Below are positions 1 through 6,813 of a DNA stretch of 36,328 nucleotides, piece after piece. Origin of the DNA: Candidatus Saccharimonadota bacterium (lineage in GTDB: Bacteria > Patescibacteriota > Saccharimonadia > Saccharimonadales > SLHW01); assembly GCA_007135955.1 (NCBI GenBank), contig SLHW01000025.1, positions 1 to 36,328 on the forward strand. The letters are read 5' to 3'. Position numbers and translations under genes: made by a program. Each line of letters begins with the position of its first letter. Within the stretch, counting starts at the first letter, position 1. Below the pieces are notes generated by a model. That model was not told the DNA's origin. It saw nothing but the letters and a program-made list of their open reading frames with translations, and made no database searches.

Positions 1-184
1 AGGCTTTAGCTTACGGGGAGTTGATGCGCGGCAACTCGCGATTGCATACCTGAAATTCTATGAGTTCAGTAGCATGCAGTCTCTTCACAAAATATTGCAA
101 CGTGAGCTGAAATAAGAAAACAGCTACTCGGGACCATTGTAATTGAATAAGTAAAGCCATACCATATGCCACTTAGAATAGTTT

Positions 185-209
185 GGTTGGCGTCCTATTT
201 CTCCAGCCA
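185..209 (+). repeat. Degenerate tRNA 3'-end-like repeat, copy 1 (att-like remnant)
   Basis: GG TTGGCGT CCTAT TTCTCCA G CCA fits T-loop(7)/T-stem(5)/acceptor(7)/discriminator/CCA spacing. No matching 5' acceptor strand about 53 nt upstream. Confidence 0.55.
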
Positions 210-311
210 AAAAGCAACCAATAGAAATTGACCGTATTGTTATGCTATTGCCTATTTCCTCCCCAAAGACTATTAATCAACGAAAACGAACGAGCTCAGC
301 TGTAGCCCAGC

Positions 312-665
312 TTACTTGTTGATCATTGCTTCGACAGACTGTACTGTCCTGACTAAAATAGCAGGCGAAGCCTTTTCAATAAATGATGCTTTTCGTGCGC
401 GCACGTCAATACTTCGCACATGAATTGGCAATATTGCACCCGTAGTTTTGGTTTGCTCCAATATGATCTCGAATGGCATTCCTTTTACTTTCGAGGTAAT
501 AGGACAGATGACTGCTAAGCCAGTTCTTTCAGCAAATATTTTAGGTGAAATGACCAAAGCTGGGCGACGACCTGACTGTTCGTGACCGACGCGAGGGTCA
601 AGAATAAGCCAAATAATGTCGCCCCTGTTGGGCACAAAGTCTACTTTACTCATATTGCTCTGCAC
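312..665 (-). CDS. mazF: Type II TA toxin, PemK/MazF family endoribonuclease
   Basis: Motifs P.RGDI.W..LDP..GHEQSGRRPALVISP, CPITSK.KG.PFE. Overlaps the upstream AbrB-type antitoxin. Start could be 653. Confidence 0.93.
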   Translation of the reverse strand: MQSNMSKVDFVPNRGDIIWLILDPRVGHEQSGRRPALVISPKIFAERTGLAVICPITSKVKGMPFEIILEQTKTTGAILPIHVRSIDVRARKASFIEKASPAILVRTVQSVEAMINK

Positions 666-900
666 CTATATCTTCGCCCCAGTCTATTTCGCCGTTAATT
701 TTATCTGGGCTAACGCCCTTCAACAGAGCGTCAATGGATATTGCCGACGAATCGGTTATGGGTGTTAGAATGACAGACTTATCTTTTATGGTTACTTCTA
801 GAGGCTGATTAATTTTTAGCTGGGCTGCCTCTACAACTTTTTTTGGCAGTCTAACACCAGTTCCGTTTCCCCACTTTTGCAACGATTGAGTGATATTCAT
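646..900 (-). CDS. mazE: AbrB/MazE family antitoxin
   Basis: QKWGNG.GVRLPK N-terminus and EIDWGE.IG.E C-terminus. Start reassigned to ATG 900, which follows AGGAGG (909-914). Confidence 0.92.
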   Translation of the reverse strand: MNITQSLQKWGNGTGVRLPKKVVEAAQLKINQPLEVTIKDKSVILTPITDSSAISIDALLKGVSPDKINGEIDWGEDIGAEQYE

Positions 901-913
901 ATATAATACCTCC

Positions 914-952
914 TTGTATATACAAGTATATACATATCCTTGCAACTGTCAA
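914..952 (-). promoter_or_regulatory. mazEF promoter with palindromic operator
   Basis: TTGACA (947-952), 16 bp spacer, TATACT (925-930). Overlapped by palindromes TTGTATATACAA (914-925) and GTATATAC (926-933). Confidence 0.7.
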
Positions 953-967
953 GTCTATTTAGGTTTC

Positions 968-995
968 GATGGATTCGAATCCCTCCGCCCCAGCA
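968..995 (+). repeat. tRNA-Gln-like 3'-end fragment, copy 2 (att-like remnant)
   Basis: TTCGAAT CCCTC CGCCCCA G CA has a perfect T-loop and a CCCCAG end typical of tRNA-Gln. The 5' half of the tRNA is absent. Confidence 0.7.
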
Positions 996-1056
996 AGGAA
1001 TAAAATAGCTGAACTATTAACCCTCAGATATAACTCATAACTTGTGTTGAGGCTGA

Positions 1057-1362
1057 CTAGCGTAGTTTTATCTCTTCTTTATTCTCAGCAAAATCATGAA
1101 GCACAGCGCCAACTAGGGTTTGGTAAGGGATATTGCTGCGCTTAGCCTTGGCTTTGATTTTAATCAAGTCAGTTTGCTTGACCCTGATAGTGATGGGCTT
1201 TGAGGTATTGAGTTGAATATATTGCCGGGCAGCATCTTCAATAAGCTGCTTACTCTCTGTAAGATCAGGCGCACTTACGTACTCATCGAACGCGTTTTCA
1301 ATGGTCTGCTCCTCCTCATCTAAAATTAGTCCTTTAAATGGATCTTGTGGTGTATCTGACAT
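1057..1362 (-). CDS. CopG/BrnA-like ribbon-helix-helix antitoxin
   Basis: LD.EEQ.IE N-terminus and K.ITIRV...DL..IK.KA....IPYQTL RHH C-terminus. Directly downstream of the BrnT-like toxin. Confidence 0.85.
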   Translation of the reverse strand: MSDTPQDPFKGLILDEEEQTIENAFDEYVSAPDLTESKQLIEDAARQYIQLNTSKPITIRVKQTDLIKIKAKAKRSNIPYQTLVGAVLHDFAENKEEIKLR

Positions 1363-1649
1363 TACGATTCTCCTTTCTTAATATATTGCTTAGTATATCT
1401 TCGACTTGGATAAATTGTTTTTAAAAAAATCTCTGCTTTTTTTGTATTAATAATGTACGGTACAACGTATGCATATATATCAATCCGGACAATATAAATT
1501 CGTTGATGCGACTTGCTTGGGTCGGGGTGGTGCTTATCGTCTAGGAGTCCACCTTCAGCAACACAAGTGATAATTTCCTCGAAGCTAATTCCCCGTGTGG
1601 CCTTCAATATTTGATTTTTTTCTTCGCTGTATGTTAGCTTGAAAGCCAT
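1362..1649 (-). CDS. brnT: BrnT family toxin (ribonuclease)
   Basis: EEKN..LK..RGISFEEI, Y.YVVPY and FLKTIYPSR motifs. Toxin-first gene order. Confidence 0.85.
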   Translation of the reverse strand: MAFKLTYSEEKNQILKATRGISFEEIITCVAEGGLLDDKHHPDPSKSHQRIYIVRIDIYAYVVPYIINTKKAEIFLKTIYPSRRYTKQYIKKGES

Positions 1650-1655
1650 AAGGAA

Positions 1656-1684
1656 AATATAGCAAAATGTACACTATTTGTCAA
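1656..1684 (-). promoter_or_regulatory. brnT promoter, probably leaderless transcript
   Basis: TTGACA (1679-1684), 17 bp spacer, TGC-TATATT (1656-1661), ending 6 nt before the ATG. No Shine-Dalgarno. Confidence 0.65.
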
Positions 1685-1704
1685 TACATTTAGTATGTCC
1701 TACT

Positions 1705-1733
1705 GATGGGTTCGGGTCCCTTAGCCTCAGCCA
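1705..1733 (+). repeat. Degenerate tRNA 3'-end-like repeat, copy 3
   Basis: GATGGG TTCGGGT CCCTT AGCCTCA G CCA. 21/28 identical to 968-995 by manual alignment. Confidence 0.65.
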
Positions 1734-1742
1734 AGTTCCAGG

Positions 1743-2006
1743 CTATTTTCTGTACACTTCACGCCTGTGTTGGACGTGTAATATGACTATATTACTAGCC
1801 TCAATGTCGAAAAGTATGCGATAGGATCCTACTCGAAACCTGTATTGTGCATCAGCAGGCTTTGTTAAAGATGTGGCAAAATCTAAGGGTTTTTCTTGCT
1901 CGGCAAACGACTCTAACTTTGTCTCCAATCGTTTCTTAACTTGCTGCGGAAGCTTCTGGATGTCTTTAACTGCCTGTTTTTTATACAGCAAGCCATACTT
2001 ATTCAT
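1743..2006 (-). CDS. relE: RelE/ParE family toxin
   Basis: A.KDI.KL, YRFRVGSYRILFDI and V.HRREVYR motifs. Confidence 0.92.
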   Translation of the reverse strand: MNKYGLLYKKQAVKDIQKLPQQVKKRLETKLESFAEQEKPLDFATSLTKPADAQYRFRVGSYRILFDIEASNIVILHVQHRREVYRK

Positions 2007-2248
2007 TAAAGATCTCCGAAAACATCTTCGTGGCTAAAATATTCATCGCTTTCACGAGCTTCTTTGATTCGGGCCAAATATTCCGGGTCACTAACAGCAA
2101 GAAGATCCTCGAGTCTATCTAGGTCAATAATGGCTCGTTCTTTCTTGCCACGTCGGGTAACAATGAGGATATCTTCATTATTTACAGCATCAAGTGCATC
2201 TGCTAATCTTTTTCTTAAGTCTGATGCGGAAATTGTTTTTGAACTCAT
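2006..2248 (-). CDS. Phd/YefM family antitoxin
   Basis: TISASDLRKRLADALDAV, I.VTRRGK and an acidic C-terminus (SHEDVF). Translationally coupled to relE. Confidence 0.9.
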   Translation of the reverse strand: MSSKTISASDLRKRLADALDAVNNEDILIVTRRGKKERAIIDLDRLEDLLAVSDPEYLARIKEARESDEYFSHEDVFGDL

Positions 2249-2272
2249 ATTCAGTACTTCCTTTCAATTTAA

Positions 2273-2314
2273 TTGTACATTATGATTGTACTATCGTGTT
2301 GTACTTTTTGTCAA
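2273..2314 (-). promoter_or_regulatory. Phd/YefM-RelE promoter with three operator repeats
   Basis: TTGACA (2309-2314), 18 bp spacer, TACAAT (2285-2290). TTGTAC occurs at 2273, 2286 and 2299 (13-bp period), resembling TGTACA-core Phd/YefM operators. Confidence 0.72.
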
Positions 2315-2503
2315 GAATCGCGTACTGCTCATCGATAATTCTTTGTCATCTACGAACAGTTCTTTGATTTCCTCAATACTTAACCCTGGGTCATATTCAG
2401 CGGCATAAAAAGTTCTATTATCGTACTTCCACGCCAGCTGTAATAGGCTTGAAGCAATTCACATCATTAATTCATCTATTTAGTTGAGTGGTATAATAAC
2501 GTC

Positions 2504-2752
2504 ATGGATGATGATCAATTCACAAAACTATTCAGATACATTGAAGAATTTCGCAGTGAGGTAAATACTAAACTTGACGAAAAAGCATCTCAGTCTAGTA
2601 TGGAACAGCTCGTAAGCACCATCGATGGTTTTGTAAAAAGGATTGATGATAATGAAATAGAACAAGCGTCTCGTGATATGCAATTTGAGCGACTTTTAGA
2701 ATGGGCTCGTAAAGTATCTGAAAAGACTGGTATATCAATAAAGGATTTATAG
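2504..2752 (+). CDS. Small coiled-coil hypothetical protein
   Basis: 82-aa helical ORF preceded by TGGTATAAT (2489-2497), 6 nt before the ATG. Confidence 0.75.
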   Translation: MDDDQFTKLFRYIEEFRSEVNTKLDEKASQSSMEQLVSTIDGFVKRIDDNEIEQASRDMQFERLLEWARKVSEKTGISIKDL

Positions 2753-2763
2753 ATCGAAGCCAA

Positions 2764-2785
2764 TTCGAGTCCTTCCTCTCCAGAG
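2764..2785 (+). repeat. Degenerate tRNA 3'-end-like repeat, copy 4
   Basis: TTCGAGT CCTTC CTCTCCA G, same 7/5/7/1 spacing as the other copies. CCA is lost. Confidence 0.55.
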
Positions 2786-2786
2786 C

Positions 2787-2819
2787 AAAAAAGGTCAGTG
2801 AAACTATCAGAGACTGACC
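2787..2819 (-). terminator. Putative intrinsic terminator downstream of rnk
   Basis: GGTCAGT (2793-2799) pairs with ACTGACC (2813-2819). A6 at 2787-2792 reads as a U-tract on the minus strand. Confidence 0.5.
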
Positions 2820-2942
2820 CATAGCTAAACGGTTGCTCGTTTTGCCGTATCGTCCTTTACTCAGATAACTACTAACCAACAGCAAGCTCAAACTACTGTC
2901 AAAATCGATAAACTATTTACTTTCTAGGTGGCGAAACATTTG

Positions 2943-3338
2943 CTATAAATCGAATTTTCCTTCGCGCTCTGGTTGATGGATTACTTCTTTCACTGTTAAA
3001 TCTTTTCTACCCTGTGGAGTATGGAGAGTTATTGCATCACCAATCTTATACCCAAGTAACGCACAGCCGATTGGTGAAAGTACCGATATCTTCCCTTGGC
3101 TTATATCAGCATCTTCAGGAAATACTAACCAGTACTTCAGTTCTTTTTGAGTTTCGTCGGTAAATTTTACCAGAGAATTCATAGTTATTGCGTCCTCTGG
3201 TATATCTTTTGGCTCGACGATTTTGCCTTTTTTCAGTTCAGCAAGTAGGGCTCTGTCAAAATCATCAAGAGTCTTTTTTTTGCCGATTAATTTTGTAAGT
3301 CTGTCATAGTCAAATTTGGTGATGAAAATCTTAGTCAT
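2943..3338 (-). CDS. rnk: Regulator of nucleoside diphosphate kinase (GreA/GreB family, Rnk)
   Basis: I.IT..D..RL, IP.D.ITMNS.V, LVFPEDAD...GKISVLSPIG.ALLGY..GD and QPE..G motifs. AAGGAG RBS. Confidence 0.92.
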   Translation of the reverse strand: MTKIFITKFDYDRLTKLIGKKKTLDDFDRALLAELKKGKIVEPKDIPEDAITMNSLVKFTDETQKELKYWLVFPEDADISQGKISVLSPIGCALLGYKIGDAITLHTPQGRKDLTVKEVIHQPEREGKFDL

Positions 3339-3546
3339 ATCGATACTCCTTTGTCTTTCATTGTTGCCATATAGCTTTTAGCGAATTGCTGACTTGGAAA
3401 ATGAGTAGTGGGCAATGCTCACATACACTTAAAGTCACTAATGTTACTACTGTTTATCTTATCATCAAAAAAGTATTTTTTGAAGAAGTGCTAGTCTTGT
3501 AGATTTTTGACTTGTTTATTTAATGTAAATGGTTTACATTATTGTT

Positions 3547-3939
3547 ATGGTTCAACGACAGACAAAATATACCAGAGCAGTAAGTGACGCTGTGGCTCGC
3601 CAAGGCCATACTACCAATCAGGCAATCCGTCACGATCTGCACAAGCAAGACATTATCGTGAGCGACACAACCACTCATCGAGTAACGCAACGACTACAGC
3701 AATCAGGCATAATCCGCGAGGCACCAAAAACCAAGGATGGTGTGATGCGATTTGACAGCAACACCGCTCAACACGACCACTTCATATGTAAATCGTGTGA
3801 TGGAATTCGTGATATTTCAATTAGTGAACAGATAAAACCCCTGCTCGCAGAGCAACTTGATGGCTGCAAAGTTAGTGGCAACCTAGTGATTTATGGATCG
3901 TGCAATACGTGTAGTAAAAAAACGAAAGGAACAACATGA
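3547..3939 (+). CDS. Fur family transcriptional regulator
   Basis: RQTKY, S.TT.HR, RFD.N...HDHFICKSC and YG.CNTC motifs. Start probably ATG 3547 (ORF track gives 3529). Confidence 0.85.
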   Translation: MVQRQTKYTRAVSDAVARQGHTTNQAIRHDLHKQDIIVSDTTTHRVTQRLQQSGIIREAPKTKDGVMRFDSNTAQHDHFICKSCDGIRDISISEQIKPLLAEQLDGCKVSGNLVIYGSCNTCSKKTKGTT

Positions 3940-4394
3940 AAGCAATACTAATAAGCTTACTAAGCCTCGGCATACTCATTGGAGTATTCGCCACATCCTC
4001 TAGCCCAGAATCGGCCCAGCAAGCCACTAATGCAAACCGTGATGTGACCTATGCGTCAGTCTTGAGTGCCGTTGATGATGGCGCTGCTTTTGTTGATGTT
4101 CGTACGCCAGCAGAATATTATGAAAGTCACTACGTCGGCGCAGAGCTATTCCCTCTCCAGGAGCTCCAGCAAGGCAAATTGCCAGCATACGACACCGATA
4201 CACCACTTTATGTGTACTGTCGCAGTGGCAATCGAACGAAAGAAGCAGCTGCTGTATTACGTCGAGCTGGTTATGAAGTTATCGACCTTGGTGGACTTCA
4301 GGATGTGGGAGCTATTGGTGGGGAGCTTACTCGCGACACGTGCCCACTCGGCGACGCTCAACTGTGTATTAACCAGTTCTCTGTTGACGGCTAA
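3936..4394 (+). CDS. Exported rhodanese-like domain protein
   Basis: N-terminal signal/TM, VDVRTPAEY, active-site YCRSGNR, DLGG. Confidence 0.9.
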   Translation: MKAILISLLSLGILIGVFATSSSPESAQQATNANRDVTYASVLSAVDDGAAFVDVRTPAEYYESHYVGAELFPLQELQQGKLPAYDTDTPLYVYCRSGNRTKEAAAVLRRAGYEVIDLGGLQDVGAIGGELTRDTCPLGDAQLCINQFSVDG

Positions 4395-4510
4395 GGACAA
4401 ATTGTCATCCTATCATAAGTTACTGCAAGCACCGCTATTTCAATGCTCCATATCAAAAACTAGCGAAATAGGTCATCTAGGCAGATGGCAGGAATAAAAC
4501 CTGAGCAAGC

Positions 4511-4526
4511 CGTGAGTTTCATCATC
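4511..4526. promoter_or_regulatory. Possible Crp-family binding site upstream of glutaredoxin-trxB
   Basis: CGTGA-N6-TCATC, a partial match to TGTGA-N6-TCACA. Confidence 0.35.
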
Positions 4527-4598
4527 AAAACTTCTCGATTTGAGTAGTACAATAGACAAGTACTGCCCAACTAACTCAACAAAGGAGCCACCCCAGCC

Positions 4599-4832
4599 AT
4601 GAAAAAGATTACTATGTACACTACCCCAACCTGTGTATTTTGCCCAGCAATTAAGCAGTTTCTAAGTAAGAACGATATTACTTACACCGAAATAGATGTC
4701 AGCAAAGACGAAGCAGCGCTCGAAGAGATGAAAAATATTTCTGGTCAGATGAGTGTTCCAGTAACGGTTATCGGTGATGAGGTAATCACCGGATACGACA
4801 AAAAGAAGCTACAGAAAGCGCTCGACGCCTAA
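4599..4832 (+). CDS. Glutaredoxin/NrdH-like redoxin
   Basis: YTTPTCVFC CxxC motif, GQMSVPV cis-Pro motif, AAGGAG RBS. Confidence 0.92.
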   Translation: MKKITMYTTPTCVFCPAIKQFLSKNDITYTEIDVSKDEAALEEMKNISGQMSVPVTVIGDEVITGYDKKKLQKALDA

Positions 4833-5722
4833 TGTACGACGTCATAATTATCGGCGGTGGACCAGCTGGAATAACTGCTGGCATATACGCTGCCCGGAAA
4901 AAACTAAAGACCTTGCTATTAACGCGAGACTTCATCGGTCAAGTTGGACTAACAGGCCCCATCGAAAACTGGCCCGGTGAGCCACGAATTAAGGGCGCCG
5001 ATCTTATCAATCAGTTCGAGGAGCACCTGCGCAAACACACGCTCGATATAATCGAAGAAGAAGTTTCAGTAATCGAAAAAGACGATGTCTTTCGTATCAC
5101 AACCGAATCAGGTGAGAAAATGGCACGAACGGTTTTACTGGCGACTGGTAGAACGCCACGCTTCCTCGAGGTTCCTGGCGAGCAAGAATATATCGGCAAG
5201 GGTGTCGTCTACTGTGCAACCTGCGACGCGCCAGTCTATCAAAACAAGAAGGTGGTTGTCGTTGGTGGTGGCAATAACGGACTGTCTTCAGCAATCGAGC
5301 TAACTGATTACGCTAGCGAGGTAACCCTGCTAGAGATACAAGATAGCTGTCCAGCTGATGAGCTGCTGCAAGAGCGAGCTCGGGACAAAGGCGTGACTAT
5401 ACGAACTAATCAAACCATTACAAAAATATCCGGTGATGACTATGTGAGCGAAGTGGAGCTACGGGACGGATCGTCGATGCAAGTTGATGGTGTGTTTGTT
5501 GAAATTGGCTCGCTACCAAACTCTTCGGTTGCGCCAGCCTCTATCAAGCGCAACAAACTAAACGAAATCGAGATTGATCAGTACTCCTGTGCAACAAACC
5601 TAGACGGTTTTTATGCTGCTGGTGATGTAACCAATATCAAGGATAAACAAATAGTCACCGCTACCGGCGAAGGCGCAAAAGCTGCACTGTCGATATACTC
5701 ATACCTACGTAACTTAGAATAA
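4832..5722 (+). CDS. trxB: Thioredoxin reductase-like FAD-dependent disulfide oxidoreductase
   Basis: YDVIIIGGGPAG, YCATCDAP, VVGGGN and FYAAGDV..KQIV.A.GEG motifs. Confidence 0.93.
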   Translation: MYDVIIIGGGPAGITAGIYAARKKLKTLLLTRDFIGQVGLTGPIENWPGEPRIKGADLINQFEEHLRKHTLDIIEEEVSVIEKDDVFRITTESGEKMARTVLLATGRTPRFLEVPGEQEYIGKGVVYCATCDAPVYQNKKVVVVGGGNNGLSSAIELTDYASEVTLLEIQDSCPADELLQERARDKGVTIRTNQTITKISGDDYVSEVELRDGSSMQVDGVFVEIGSLPNSSVAPASIKRNKLNEIEIDQYSCATNLDGFYAAGDVTNIKDKQIVTATGEGAKAALSIYSYLRNLE

Positions 5723-5805
5723 TTAGCCGCCTAAGCTTAACTAAAAAAGCACTACTATCAACGCGAAATAAGGTGTATTATCCAGCTTAAGGCTAATAAC
5801 ATACA

Positions 5806-6792
5806 ATGAACCTACTGATACTTCTATTTCTCTTGGCGGTTGGAATCTTTTTACTGATTCGATCAAGCGGATATCTCATTTCCGCACTGTCTGCAATCTC
5901 TAAGCAGTTGCATTTGTCGAAGTTTGTTATTTCGTTTTTGTTACTGTCGTTAGCAACCAGCTTGCCCGAACTTAGCGTTGGCATAAATGCGGCTATTGCC
6001 AAAGAGTCCGTTCTATCTCTCGGGGATGTACTTGGCACCAATATCGTCAACATCGCACTCATCCTCGGGCTAGTCGCCATTATTGGTGGTGGCATTAAAG
6101 TGCAGGACTATCATAGCTTCAAGCAAATTAGACTCATCACGCTCGTTATCGTAGTTGCACCCTTTTTGCTCTTGCTTGATGGTACGTTGTCGCGACTTGA
6201 TGGAGTATTGCTACTTGGCTTGTTCGTGTTTCGACTATGGCTGTTTGCAAAAGACAATGGCTACATCGAATCGGCATACCATTTGCATCTATCTGACAAA
6301 AACCACTCCCCTTCAGCTACCGCCAAGAAAAAACTTATGCACCAATTTATACGGTTTTTCATCAGCGCAGTGGTCTTGATAGGATCCGCCTACCTGGTGG
6401 TCAGCTCAGTCGTTGGCATGTCTGAACTACTTGGCGTCTCTAGTTTTGTGATTGGTCTGTTTGTCGTTGCTATCGGAACTAGTTTGCCTGAGCTAATGAT
6501 CGGCCTACGCAGTGTTAGCTCGCACAGCGAGTCAATTTCAGTCGGCAATATCTTTGGCGCGATTACCATCAATGCTAGTTTAGTGCTCGGGATTGTGGCC
6601 ATCATCCATCCGATTCAAGTAGAATCTTTTGCTCAATACCTGGTGCCAGCAGTAGTGACACTGCTCTCAATTAGCCTGGTGTATTGGTTCTTAAGGTCTA
6701 AACACACTATCACTCGCCCGCAAGGATTGCTACTTATCGCTGTGTATATAGCCTTCATAATCATTCAGGCCCAATCCGGCGTCGGTTTTTAG
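5806..6792 (+). CDS. Ca2+/Na+ antiporter (YrbG/CaCA family)
   Basis: Two alpha repeats, ATSLPEL..GDVLGTNIVN and GTSLPEL..GNIFGA. About 10 TM segments. Confidence 0.92.
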   Translation: MNLLILLFLLAVGIFLLIRSSGYLISALSAISKQLHLSKFVISFLLLSLATSLPELSVGINAAIAKESVLSLGDVLGTNIVNIALILGLVAIIGGGIKVQDYHSFKQIRLITLVIVVAPFLLLLDGTLSRLDGVLLLGLFVFRLWLFAKDNGYIESAYHLHLSDKNHSPSATAKKKLMHQFIRFFISAVVLIGSAYLVVSSVVGMSELLGVSSFVIGLFVVAIGTSLPELMIGLRSVSSHSESISVGNIFGAITINASLVLGIVAIIHPIQVESFAQYLVPAVVTLLSISLVYWFLRSKHTITRPQGLLLIAVYIAFIIIQAQSGVGF

Positions 6793-6813
6793 GCCAATAG
6801 TGACGGGCCTTGC

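Noticed and set aside
2..142. 3' end of a gene entering the window (GFSLRGVDARQLAIAYLKFYEF...GPL*)
   Set aside because: The open frame is plausible but too short to assign or confirm.
921..996. Intact tRNA gene ending at the TTCGAATCCC..CCCCAGCA motif
   Set aside because: There is no complementary 5' acceptor strand, D-arm or anticodon arm; the upstream sequence is the mazEF promoter. The other three copies also appear to lack a 5' half.
185..2785. CRISPR array or classical integron attC array
   Set aside because: The repeats are divergent and 0.7-1 kb apart, there are no cas or intI genes, and I could not identify RYYYAAC..GTTRRRY-bounded palindromes.
3339..3480. Structured rnk leader or attenuator
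   Set aside because: Only short imperfect stems (TGAG..CTCA before T5; TGACTT..AAGTCA), which is not enough to call.
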